The notes under the pieces are model-generated. The model had not been told where the DNA came from, made no database searches, and saw only the letters and a program-made list of their open reading frames with translations. The position numbers and the translations under genes are program-made. A stretch of DNA of 55,642 nt from Promethearchaeota archaeon (GTDB lineage Archaea; Asgardarchaeota; Lokiarchaeia; Sigyniarchaeales; SOKP01), in contig JBHLMQ010000016.1 of NCBI GenBank assembly GCA_048938005.1, positions 1-55,642 on the forward strand, written 5' to 3'. The first letter of the stretch is position 1. The number at the start of each line of letters is the position of its first letter. This document shows, piece by piece, positions 29,796 to 39,013 of the stretch.

Positions 29796-31376
29796 ATGGT
29801 TGATAAAGTAATACCTTTTTTAATTAACATGGGTGAAGTTATTCCCGCCCGAAGCCAAGCCACTTTACTTAATGAATTAGCCATGGGTCTGATTGAATGT
29901 ATAGGAATTTATGGTAAAAATCTTAAAAAATTAGGCAAAATTTCCAAAATCACTACAGCATTTTGGCCAGTTCGCTTAATTCCCTTATCTGATACAAGAG
30001 CTTGCGTTTGTAGTTATCTATTAAATAAACAAGAAAAGTTAAGTGTAGGAAAATTTGCTCAGATGCCACCACGCCCTGAAAATATAATTAAAGGAGCAGA
30101 TCCAGTATCTTTTTTAAGTTCATTACAAAGTTATAATAACAGTTATCTAAAACGTAGCAAAAATTTTAAAAGAGGAACTGTAATTCAAGAAGCTTTATTT
30201 AATACAAGCGAAGTAGGATATTTCCAAAACTTTTTCCTTAATGAATATAATTTAAGCTCACATCAAACACCTTATTTCTTATTAGAGGGAGGACCCATTA
30301 CTAAAAGTGTTAACCAAATTAAAATAGCGTCAGATATACCTGAGTATGTTTCCCAGGCAGATGTGAAAATGCTTGATGCATTCGGAGACGCTATAATAAA
30401 GTTATGCGGGAGATGGATAGAAAAAGGAGGAAAGGAAGTAGATAAAATTAGAGATACAAAAGTAGATACAAGCGAAGAAGAGAAGCAATTAGCCATACTT
30501 AATAAGGAAATCCAGGAAGAAAAAGAGCGAGAAATAGAAAAATCTCCTGAGGAATTAGTAAAATTAGGAAAATATAAAATTAACGATAAAACTGGAGAAT
30601 TAACTAATAATCTTAGCTCAATTAAAAATAGTGTTGATAGTTTGAAAAATGCTATTAATAATCGTGATTTATTTTTAGTGGAAGAGGGTTTAAAGGATAT
30701 AAACGTGAAATATACCGAGTTAGGAAATTCTATTAGCAGATATAATAATGAAATTGCTCAATTAAGGAAAAACGTACAACGTGAAATCTCTGATCTTGAA
30801 AAAACAAAACAACAAAAACTTAGAGAGTTAGAGCGTAAAAAAGCTGAGGTGGAAAAACAAATTGAAGCAAAACACAGCGAACTTAGTAAAGATTTAACCA
30901 GTGCTGAAGATGTAGTTGCGCAAATAAAAACCGAAAAACAATCTTGTTTAGATAATATTGATTCTGTGAAGGATAAAGAAATGACTGATGTTCAAAACTT
31001 TTTTAATAATTATACTCTTGAAATAAAAACTCAAAATGTCGTAGTAGGTATACCTATTTATATATTCTTCTTTATTGATCCTAATACAAACAGAACCACG
31101 GAACGAGCACCTGTACTCCCAATATTGATTGATGGAGGCAAACCTGTAAGGACAAAAGTTAAGGCGAGCTTCAGACAAAAGTTAAGGGATTTAATGAATA
31201 AAGAAAATTCAATGATTGAGTTAGTAGAAACTCAAGGAGATAAAAATAATTTAATGGAAATAAAAAACTTAGATACACGACTTGAGGATGCTATCAATGA
31301 TTTACGAATTCGAAAAATTCTAAATAAAAGACAAGCTGAAACAGCAAAAGATATTATAACAAATTTAGTTTGGTAG
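29796..31376 (+). CDS. hypothetical protein with a long central coiled coil
   Basis: 526-aa ORF; E/K/Q-rich heptad region at about aa 210-400 flanked by globular segments. Confidence 0.8.
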   Translation: MVDKVIPFLINMGEVIPARSQATLLNELAMGLIECIGIYGKNLKKLGKISKITTAFWPVRLIPLSDTRACVCSYLLNKQEKLSVGKFAQMPPRPENIIKGADPVSFLSSLQSYNNSYLKRSKNFKRGTVIQEALFNTSEVGYFQNFFLNEYNLSSHQTPYFLLEGGPITKSVNQIKIASDIPEYVSQADVKMLDAFGDAIIKLCGRWIEKGGKEVDKIRDTKVDTSEEEKQLAILNKEIQEEKEREIEKSPEELVKLGKYKINDKTGELTNNLSSIKNSVDSLKNAINNRDLFLVEEGLKDINVKYTELGNSISRYNNEIAQLRKNVQREISDLEKTKQQKLRELERKKAEVEKQIEAKHSELSKDLTSAEDVVAQIKTEKQSCLDNIDSVKDKEMTDVQNFFNNYTLEIKTQNVVVGIPIYIFFFIDPNTNRTTERAPVLPILIDGGKPVRTKVKASFRQKLRDLMNKENSMIELVETQGDKNNLMEIKNLDTRLEDAINDLRIRKILNKRQAETAKDIITNLVW

Positions 31377-31416
31377 AAACAATTCTTTTTCGCTTTATTT
31401 ATTTATCTTATATCCT

Positions 31417-31590
31417 CTAATATTCAACATAATCCATTTTTTTTCCACAACATTCAGGAATAGGTTGATATCCACATTCATCTGAACAACAACAGAGCAA
31501 ATAATCATCTTTTACTATCATTGATTTATCACAACAAGTTGGGACTGATCTTTCAGAGCCACATATACTACATACTAGTTTATTTGACAT
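31417..31590 (-). CDS. 57-aa Cys-rich protein, tandem desulforedoxin-like metal-binding repeats
   Basis: CSICG..CCDKSM and CCCSDECG..CCGKKM; 10 Cys; ATG at 31590. Confidence 0.75.
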   Translation of the reverse strand: MSNKLVCSICGSERSVPTCCDKSMIVKDDYLLCCCSDECGYQPIPECCGKKMDYVEY

Positions 31591-31775
31591 TTTTTTCCAC
31601 ACCAAACGCTTTATTTTCCCTAAAGACACCAAAATATTATTAAAACAAAAATTAATCTCTTATGGAATATAATTAGGGCTACATTTTTGTTTTCACAGAA
31701 AAAGTAAAAACAACATTAAACTTTGTACTATTAAATTCTAAAAATATAATGCAATAATTCAATAATTATGCTTAA

Positions 31776-31815
31776 TAATTAATTGCTATATTATTAGAAA
31801 AAATGGAGAGAGAAA
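31776..31815 (+). repeat. 5' leader motif shared with the kamA upstream region (copy 1)
   Basis: Blocks TAATTAATTG, TAGAAAAAAT, GAGAGAGAAA in the same order as at 34990-35029. Confidence 0.55.
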
Positions 31816-33069
31816 TTGTCTAATAAACTAAATCTTAATAATTCATTTAACTTATATCAAGAGGCATTGGAATTAATTCCAGGAGCGATCTTGGGTATCC
31901 GCCGTCCATATAATTTCATTGAAGGAGAATATCCAATATTCTTTGAATCAGCAAAAGGTGGAAAAGTAATTGATGTAGATGGTAATGAATACATTGATAT
32001 GTTATGTGCTTATGGACCTATAATCATAGGACACAGAGAAGAAGAAATAGATAATGCAGTAATTGAACAAATTCGGAATAAGGGCTTTTGTATGTCTTTA
32101 ACTCAACAAGTACAAAACGAACTAGCCAAAAAACTAAGAGAATTGATACCTTGTTGTGAGAAGATGGTCTTAATGAAGATGGGAACTGATGCAACAATAG
32201 CAGCAATAAGAGTAGCAAGAGCATATACAAAAAAAATAAAAGTTCTCAGCTGTGGATATCATGGTTGGTATGATGCTTTCAGTGAGCTTCATGGAATCGA
32301 GGCAGGTATACCAAAGAAGTTATATGAAGATTTTTATGAATTTGAGTTTAATAATCTTGAAGAAGTTGAAAAATTATTTAAAAAAAATAAAGATGAAATT
32401 GCGGCTATTATAGTTAATCCAATCCATACACCAGGGGGTCGAGAAGTTGAGATGCCGAAACCAGGATTCTTAGAAGGTATTCGTGAGTTAGCAACCGTCA
32501 ATAATGCTCTATTAATATATGATGAAATAAGGACAGGATTTAGAGTAGATATGGGAGGTGCACAGAAAAAGTTTGGAGTTATTCCTGATCTTGCTGCATT
32601 CGGTAAAGCGATGGGGAATGGATATCCTATAAGCACTCTTGTAGGTAAAGCAGAATTCATGGATGTGTTAGTAGAAAAAGTGTTTTTAAGTTCAACTTTT
32701 TTCCCCAACAGCCTTGCTCAAACCGCATCCCTCAAAACAATTGAAATACTATTACGAGAAAAAGTTTTAAATACTATCCAGCAGAAAGGGAATCAGTTTG
32801 CAAAGCGAATTAAAGAGAGTATTGAAGATAGTGGTGTTCCATGTATTTATTCTGGAGACCCTTGGATGCCGTATATAACCTTTATTCCTGATAAAGACTT
32901 ACTATATAGGAAGCTTAGAGAAGAATTCTATAGGCAACTCATTCGACGAAAAGTTTTTCTTCAACCTTTCCATCATGGTTATATCTGTTATCGTCATTCA
33001 GAAGAAGAGATGGATTTTGCCGCAAATATGATAGATGAATCATTAAAAGAAACTAAAAAGTTATTATAA
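31816..33069 (+). CDS. kat: 3-aminobutyryl-CoA aminotransferase (Kat; class III, HemL-like)
   Basis: GIRRPYNF..GEYPIFF, KGFC.SLTQ, VFLSSTFFPNS, PWMPYITF, HHGYICYRH match my recollection of Cloacamonas acidaminovorans Kat; PLP Lys in FGKAM; heads a lysine fermentation operon lacking kal. Confidence 0.85.
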   Translation: MSNKLNLNNSFNLYQEALELIPGAILGIRRPYNFIEGEYPIFFESAKGGKVIDVDGNEYIDMLCAYGPIIIGHREEEIDNAVIEQIRNKGFCMSLTQQVQNELAKKLRELIPCCEKMVLMKMGTDATIAAIRVARAYTKKIKVLSCGYHGWYDAFSELHGIEAGIPKKLYEDFYEFEFNNLEEVEKLFKKNKDEIAAIIVNPIHTPGGREVEMPKPGFLEGIRELATVNNALLIYDEIRTGFRVDMGGAQKKFGVIPDLAAFGKAMGNGYPISTLVGKAEFMDVLVEKVFLSSTFFPNSLAQTASLKTIEILLREKVLNTIQQKGNQFAKRIKESIEDSGVPCIYSGDPWMPYITFIPDKDLLYRKLREEFYRQLIRRKVFLQPFHHGYICYRHSEEEMDFAANMIDESLKETKKLL

Positions 33070-33112
33070 TTCATTATTACTATAATTTTTAATATCCTCT
33101 TAAGTGAAATTA

Positions 33113-33946
33113 ATGGAAAAATTAATTATTACTGCGGCTATATGTGGAGCAGAAGTTACAAAAGAAAAAAATCCAAATATTCCTTATACAATAAAAGAAA
33201 TAGGAAAAGAAGCTGAATCTGCATATAAAGCGGGAGCTAGTGTTATCCATTTGCACGTTAGAGAAGATGATGGGACCCCAACTCAAAGTAGAGAAAGATT
33301 TAGAGCATGTATTGAAGAAATAAAAAGGAGATGTCCTGATGTAATTATAATGCCTTCAACGGGTGGAGCTGTAGGGATGACAAATGAAGAAAGGCTTCAG
33401 CCTATTTATTTAGAACCTTCTCCAGAAATGGCTACTCTCGATTGTGGAACAATGAATTTCGGTGGTGATGAAATATTTGTTAATACAGAGAATTCAATAA
33501 TTCATTTTGCTGAGGAAATGAACCGCCGTGGGATAAAATATGAATTGGAATGTTTTGATAAAGGAATGATAGATATGGCTCTAAGATTACATAATAAAGG
33601 ATATATTAAAGCTCCACTGCATTTTAATTTCATGCTGGGAGTAATTGGTGGAATTAATGCTTCAGAAAGAGATTTAGATTTTTTAGCAAGAAGTATCCCT
33701 GAAAACTCAACATTTTGTGTTGGTGCAATTGGAAAGCATGAATTTCCAATGGTTACTTCATCAATTAAAATGGGAGGTCATGCGAGAGTTGGATTTGAAG
33801 ATAATATCTATTTATCTAAAGGGATATTAGCTAAATCAAATGGAGAATTAGTAGAAAAAGTGGTTAGAATATCAAAGGAATTAGGAAGAGATATTGCTTC
33901 ACCTAATGATGCAAGAAAAATATTAGGATTAAAACTAAGGGATTAA
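33113..33946 (+). CDS. kce: 3-keto-5-aminohexanoate cleavage enzyme
   Basis: LIITAAICGAE, HLHVR, STGGAVGM, ATLDCGTMNFG, RVGFEDN; operon context; ATG at 33113 (GTG 33104 alternative). Confidence 0.93.
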   Translation: MEKLIITAAICGAEVTKEKNPNIPYTIKEIGKEAESAYKAGASVIHLHVREDDGTPTQSRERFRACIEEIKRRCPDVIIMPSTGGAVGMTNEERLQPIYLEPSPEMATLDCGTMNFGGDEIFVNTENSIIHFAEEMNRRGIKYELECFDKGMIDMALRLHNKGYIKAPLHFNFMLGVIGGINASERDLDFLARSIPENSTFCVGAIGKHEFPMVTSSIKMGGHARVGFEDNIYLSKGILAKSNGELVEKVVRISKELGRDIASPNDARKILGLKLRD

Positions 33947-33954
33947 GATGTGAT

Positions 33955-34992
33955 ATGAAAAAAGGAAATAAATATGGAACTCATAGAGTAATCGAGCCAA
34001 AAGGAGCTTTGCCCCAAACTGCAATAACGATTTCCAATGATATGACTATTTATGATAATGAAATCTTAATTGATGTAGGTTACTTAAATATTGATTCTGC
34101 TAGTTTTAATCAACTCAGAGAAGAAGCGCATAACGATTTGGAAAAAGTTAAGCGAAAGATAATAGAAATTGTAAATAATAGAGGAAAAATGCAGAATCCG
34201 GTGACTGGTTCTGGTGGAATGTTAATTGGAAACATTGAAAATATTGGAGATGCTTTAAAAGGCAAAATTGACTTAAACATTGGTGATAAAATTGCTACAC
34301 TTGTTTCACTTTCCTTAACACCGCTTAGGATAGATAAGATTCTAAATATTCACCCTGATATTGATAGGGTTGAAATTGAGGGCAAAGCAATCCTTTTTGA
34401 AAGTGGCATATATGCTAAAGTTCCTAAAGATATGAAGGATACCTTAGCATTAGCTATTCTTGACGTAGCGGGGGCTCCAGCTCAAGTAAAAAACTTGGTA
34501 AAATCCGGTAATACAGTACTGGTTTTAGGAGCTACAGGAAAATCAGGATTAATGTGTTCTCTAATGGCTAAAAAGATCGCTGGTAAGAAAGGAAGAATCA
34601 TTGGCCAAGCAAGAAATGAAAAAAGGGCAGAATTTCTTAAGAGAAGCGACTTCTGTGATGATATAATAATTGCTGATGTTTTAAATCCTATTGATGTTTT
34701 AGATAAAGTTCTCAAAGTGAATAATGGAAAAGAAGTAGATATCTCAATAAACTGTTTAAGTATACCTAACACAGAGATGTCCAGTATACTTCCAGTAAAA
34801 GATGAAGGAATCGTTTATTTCTTTTCGATGGCAACAAGTTTTGCAAAAGCAGCACTAGGAGCCGAAGGAATTGGAAAAGATGTTAAAATGCTGATCGGAT
34901 GCGGTTATGCTAAAAATCACGCACAAATCGCTTTAGACTTAGTGCGAGAATCAAATACATTACGAAAAATATTTGAAGAAAAATACGTTTAA
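33955..34992 (+). CDS. kdd: L-erythro-3,5-diaminohexanoate dehydrogenase
   Basis: YGTHRVIEPKG.LPQ, LNIDSASF, GKMQNPVTGSGGML, LDVAGAPAQ, FFSMATSF..AALGAEG. Confidence 0.95.
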   Translation: MKKGNKYGTHRVIEPKGALPQTAITISNDMTIYDNEILIDVGYLNIDSASFNQLREEAHNDLEKVKRKIIEIVNNRGKMQNPVTGSGGMLIGNIENIGDALKGKIDLNIGDKIATLVSLSLTPLRIDKILNIHPDIDRVEIEGKAILFESGIYAKVPKDMKDTLALAILDVAGAPAQVKNLVKSGNTVLVLGATGKSGLMCSLMAKKIAGKKGRIIGQARNEKRAEFLKRSDFCDDIIIADVLNPIDVLDKVLKVNNGKEVDISINCLSIPNTEMSSILPVKDEGIVYFFSMATSFAKAALGAEGIGKDVKMLIGCGYAKNHAQIALDLVRESNTLRKIFEEKYV

Positions 34993-35029
34993 TTAATTGT
35001 TGAGATAGAAAAAATATATGAGAGAGAAA
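34990..35029 (+). repeat. 5' leader motif shared with the kat upstream region (copy 2)
   Basis: Same three 10-mers as 31776-31815, immediately before the kamA ATG. Confidence 0.55.
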
Positions 35030-35031
35030 AT

Positions 35032-36270
35032 ATGAAGGTTAACAGACGAAAAGAATTATTTTCACATGTAAGTGATGAAGATTGGAACGATTGGCGTTGG
35101 CAAGTTAAAAATAGAATAACAAGTTTAGAAGAACTTAAAAAATATATCAAACTGACTAAAGATGAAGATGATCCTCGGATATTACAAGAGTACAGGATGG
35201 CAATTACACCATATTATTTATCCTTAATTGATCCTGATGATCCATATGATCCTATAAGAAAACAAGCAATTCCCACAATTCATGAATTAGAACGATATAG
35301 TAGTGACCTCGAAGATCCCCTTAGTGAGGATATTGATTCTCCTGTTCCAGGATTAACTCATCGTTATCCGGATAGAGTATTATTTTTAGTTACTGAAAAT
35401 TGTTCAATGTATTGTAGACATTGTACAAGAAGGAGATTTGCGGGTCACCATGATATGGCCCCTCCACAAGAACAAATAGACGCTTGTATAGAATATATAG
35501 AAAAAACGCCTGCGATTAGAGATGTACTTCTATCTGGTGGAGATGCATTATTAATATCTGATAAAAAATTAGAGGAGATTCTAACAAGATTAAAAGCAAT
35601 TCCTCATGTAGAGATCATACGTATAGGTTCTAGATCTCCGGTTACGAATCCTTTCCGAATCACTCCTGAGTTATGTGAAATGCTACAAAAATACCATCCT
35701 ATTTGGTTTAATACACATTTTAATCATGCTAATGAAATTACTGAAGATTCAACGAGAGCGTGTGAAATGCTTGCGGATGCTGGAATACCTCTTGGAAATC
35801 AATCTGTTTTACTAAGAGGAGTAAATGATTGTATTCATGTAATGAAAAAATTAGTACAAGAATTAGTAAGAATACGGGTAAGACCATATTATATTTACCA
35901 ATGTGATCTTTCTGTGGGACTAGCCCATTTTAGAACGAGTGTTGCTCAAGGCATTGAGATTATTGAAGGGCTAAGGGGTCATACATCTGGTCTATGTGTG
36001 CCAACATTTGTAGTAGATGCTCCCGGAGGAGGCGGAAAAATTCCGGTTATGCCAGATTATACAATTTCTCAAGGAAATAGGCGTGTTGTATTAAGGAATT
36101 TTGAGGGAGTTATAACAACTTATGAGGAACCAGATGATTATATACCAATGTGTCATTGTGAAGAATGTGAAAAACAAATTGGAGTTAGTGCTTTATTGAG
36201 TGGTCAAAAAATGACGATCGAACCGGAGGATCTTATAAGAAAGTTAAGAAGAAGAAAACTCACTAAATAA
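35032..36270 (+). CDS. kamA: lysine 2,3-aminomutase (radical SAM, PLP)
   Basis: WNDWRWQ, GLTHRYPDR, CSMYCRHCTRRR, YQCDL, DAPGGGGKIP, C-terminal CHCEEC. Confidence 0.97.
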   Translation: MKVNRRKELFSHVSDEDWNDWRWQVKNRITSLEELKKYIKLTKDEDDPRILQEYRMAITPYYLSLIDPDDPYDPIRKQAIPTIHELERYSSDLEDPLSEDIDSPVPGLTHRYPDRVLFLVTENCSMYCRHCTRRRFAGHHDMAPPQEQIDACIEYIEKTPAIRDVLLSGGDALLISDKKLEEILTRLKAIPHVEIIRIGSRSPVTNPFRITPELCEMLQKYHPIWFNTHFNHANEITEDSTRACEMLADAGIPLGNQSVLLRGVNDCIHVMKKLVQELVRIRVRPYYIYQCDLSVGLAHFRTSVAQGIEIIEGLRGHTSGLCVPTFVVDAPGGGGKIPVMPDYTISQGNRRVVLRNFEGVITTYEEPDDYIPMCHCEECEKQIGVSALLSGQKMTIEPEDLIRKLRRRKLTK

Positions 36271-36339
36271 TTCTAAAGTTTAAATAATTAAGATTTATTT
36301 CTGTTATTAACGAAAACTCCATTAGTTTTTGGCGATCAA

Positions 36340-37371
36340 ATGGATTTCATAACTTATTTTTTGAGTAAAATTGATAGATATCAAATAATCTCAATAATAG
36401 GGCTCGCTAAAAACGTCAGTAAGACTACTACATTAAACTACATAATAAAAAATATAAAAGATTATAAACTTGGTCTTACATCTATAGGAAGAGATGGAGA
36501 AAAGTACGATGCAATTACACGTTTACCAAAACCTCGCATATTTATTAAAAAAGGTACCATTGTAGCAACAGCGAGACAGAGTTTTGAAGAGAGTGAAGTC
36601 AAAATGGAAATATTAAAAACTACAAAATTTAATACTCCATTAGGTGAAATTTTGATATTAAAGGCATTGTGCGATGGATTTATTGAATTAGCAGGACCAT
36701 CAATAAATAAGTATTTACAAGAAATATGTTTAGAATTAAAAAATTTGGGATGTGATTTAATACTAATTGATGGTGCATTTGATAGGAGATCATATGCAAC
36801 TCCTATAATATCTGACGCTACAATTCTTTCAACAGGAGCTTCTGTGTCTGAAAATATGCAAAATGTGATTAATTTAACGGTTCATACCCTTGAATTATTA
36901 AATTTAGAATGTGAAATTAACCAAGAAATAGTAGAAATTGCTAATAATATTTTGGAAAAATCAAAAATTGGAATAATTGATGATAAAAATTCTATAAAAT
37001 TGTTAAACGTCTTAACTCCATTAGATGCTACTAAGGAAATTATTGATAATTTAGGTCAAAATTCAAAATATGTTGTAATAAATGGTGCTGTAACTGATCG
37101 ATTATTAGAAAATTTAATGAAATCTACAGAGAAGTATAAAGGAGTTACATTTTTAGTGGAAGATGCAACGAAACTATTTTTGAGTAAAAAAGTAAAGCAG
37201 AAATTCCAAAAAAAAGGTGGTTTTTTGAAAGTTTTAAATCCTATAAATATAATTGCTGTTACTATAAATCCAAATTCCCCATATGGATATGACTTTGATA
37301 AAAATAAATTTTTAAACATATTAAAAGAAAATCTTGATGTACCTGTTTATGATTTAGGAGTTAATGATTAA
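36340..37371 (+). CDS. kamB: lysine 5,6-aminomutase reactivation-associated protein KamB-like
   Basis: SIIGLAKN.SKTTTLN, GLTSIGRDGE, KP.I, TPLG, IDGA.DR, ILSTGAS; lies between kamA and kamD as in clostridial clusters. Confidence 0.75.
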   Translation: MDFITYFLSKIDRYQIISIIGLAKNVSKTTTLNYIIKNIKDYKLGLTSIGRDGEKYDAITRLPKPRIFIKKGTIVATARQSFEESEVKMEILKTTKFNTPLGEILILKALCDGFIELAGPSINKYLQEICLELKNLGCDLILIDGAFDRRSYATPIISDATILSTGASVSENMQNVINLTVHTLELLNLECEINQEIVEIANNILEKSKIGIIDDKNSIKLLNVLTPLDATKEIIDNLGQNSKYVVINGAVTDRLLENLMKSTEKYKGVTFLVEDATKLFLSKKVKQKFQKKGGFLKVLNPINIIAVTINPNSPYGYDFDKNKFLNILKENLDVPVYDLGVND

Positions 37372-37440
37372 TTTGGATAAACTTATTAAAAAATTATAAT
37401 AAATTTCATAATTGTGAAAAATATAAAGGAAGTGGGAAAT

Positions 37441-39012
37441 TTGCCAGAGAGTAAAATAAATTTGGATTTTAAAATAGTCGAAAAAGCAAGAGAAGCTGCA
37501 AAAAATATTGGAATAGAGACTCAAAAATTTATAGATCAACATACTACTACAACAATAGAAAGAACAGTTTGTAGATTACTTGGTATAGATGGTGTTGATG
37601 AGTTTGAAGTTCCTCTCGCTAATATTGTCGTAGATAATATAAACAAGGGAAAAGGTCTTGGATTCGGTGCTGCTATTTATATCGGTAATGCTATACTACA
37701 AACAAGTCTTGCACCTCAATTAATTGCAGAAAAAATCGCTATAAATGAATTAGATCTAACAAAATTGCCATTAAAAGATCTATCTGAAATCAAAGCAACT
37801 GTAAACATCATTGCTCAAGAGACCTTAGTAAAAATCTCTCAAAATAAGAAAAATAGAAACAAAATACTTGAAAAATATGGTGATAAGGAGGGCCCTTTAA
37901 TTTACGTCATCGTTGCTACAGGAAACATTTATGAAGATATTATACAAGCTCAAGCTGCAGCAAGACAAGGAGCAGATGTAATTGCAGTTATTAGATCTAC
38001 AGTACAAAGTTTACTCGATTACGTACCTTATGGTCCAACAACAGAAGGATTTGGTGGAACCTATGCTACTCAAGAAAATTTCCGTCTTATGAGAAAGGCT
38101 TTAGATGAAGTAAGTGAGGAATTAGGAAGATATATAAGACTGACTAATTATTGTTCTGGATTATGTATGCCAGAAATTGCTGCTATGGGTGCTTTTGAAA
38201 GGGTTGACATGATGTTGAATGATGCATTATATGGGATTTTATTCCGTGATATAAATATGAAAAGGACTATTATCGACCAGTATTTTTCAAGGATGATAAA
38301 TGCTTACGCGGGGGTAATTATAAATACTGGTGAAGATAACTACTTAACTACAGCCGATGCATATGAAGCAGCTCACACTGTTCTTGCTTCTGAATTTATT
38401 AATGAACAATTTGCATTACTTGCAGGATTAAAGGAAGAACAAATGGGCCTAGGTCATGCTTTTGAGATGAATCCAGAGTTGGAAAATGGATTTCTGTATG
38501 AACTTGCTCAAGCTCAAATGGCACGAGAGATATTTCCAAATGCTCCTTTAAAATATATGCCTCCTACGAAATATATGACTGGAAACATATTTAAAGGACA
38601 TGTTCAAGATGCTTTATTTAATATGATAACTGTAATAACAAATCAAAGAATTCATCTCCTTGGTATGTTGACAGAAGCTATTCATACTCCTTTCATGTCA
38701 GATAGAGCATTATCTATTGAAAATGCGCGATATATATTCAACAATATGAAGTCTATTGGTGAAGAAATAGTGTTCAAGAAAGGGGGATTAATGGAAAGAA
38801 GAGTTAGTGAAGTACTTAATAAAGCTTATGATTTATTAAAAGAAATAGAAAAAGAAGGATTATTTAAAACAATTGAAAAAGGGATCTTTGCTAATATTAA
38901 AAGAACAATAGACGGGGGTAAAGGATTAGATGGTGTATTTAAGAAAGAAAAAGAATATTTTAATCCCTTTATTGAACTTATGAATAAAGAATTAACAAAA
39001 GGAGGAAATTAA
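37441..39012 (+). CDS. kamD: D-lysine/beta-lysine 5,6-aminomutase alpha subunit
   Basis: ESK.NLD, HTT..ERTVCRLLGIDG, VATGNIYED, GGTYATQENF, NYCSGLCMPEIA, KYMPPTK; TTG 37441 preferred over GTG 37414. Confidence 0.96.
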   Translation: MPESKINLDFKIVEKAREAAKNIGIETQKFIDQHTTTTIERTVCRLLGIDGVDEFEVPLANIVVDNINKGKGLGFGAAIYIGNAILQTSLAPQLIAEKIAINELDLTKLPLKDLSEIKATVNIIAQETLVKISQNKKNRNKILEKYGDKEGPLIYVIVATGNIYEDIIQAQAAARQGADVIAVIRSTVQSLLDYVPYGPTTEGFGGTYATQENFRLMRKALDEVSEELGRYIRLTNYCSGLCMPEIAAMGAFERVDMMLNDALYGILFRDINMKRTIIDQYFSRMINAYAGVIINTGEDNYLTTADAYEAAHTVLASEFINEQFALLAGLKEEQMGLGHAFEMNPELENGFLYELAQAQMAREIFPNAPLKYMPPTKYMTGNIFKGHVQDALFNMITVITNQRIHLLGMLTEAIHTPFMSDRALSIENARYIFNNMKSIGEEIVFKKGGLMERRVSEVLNKAYDLLKEIEKEGLFKTIEKGIFANIKRTIDGGKGLDGVFKKEKEYFNPFIELMNKELTKGGN

Positions 39013-39013
39013 G

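Noticed and set aside
31737-31797. Imperfect inverted repeat upstream of kat
   Set aside because: Almost all A/T with gaps; not distinguishable from background by eye.
31816-33069. Glutamate-1-semialdehyde aminomutase (hemL)
   Set aside because: It lacks the HemL GGVNSPVR start and has Kat-type strings plus lysine-operon context.
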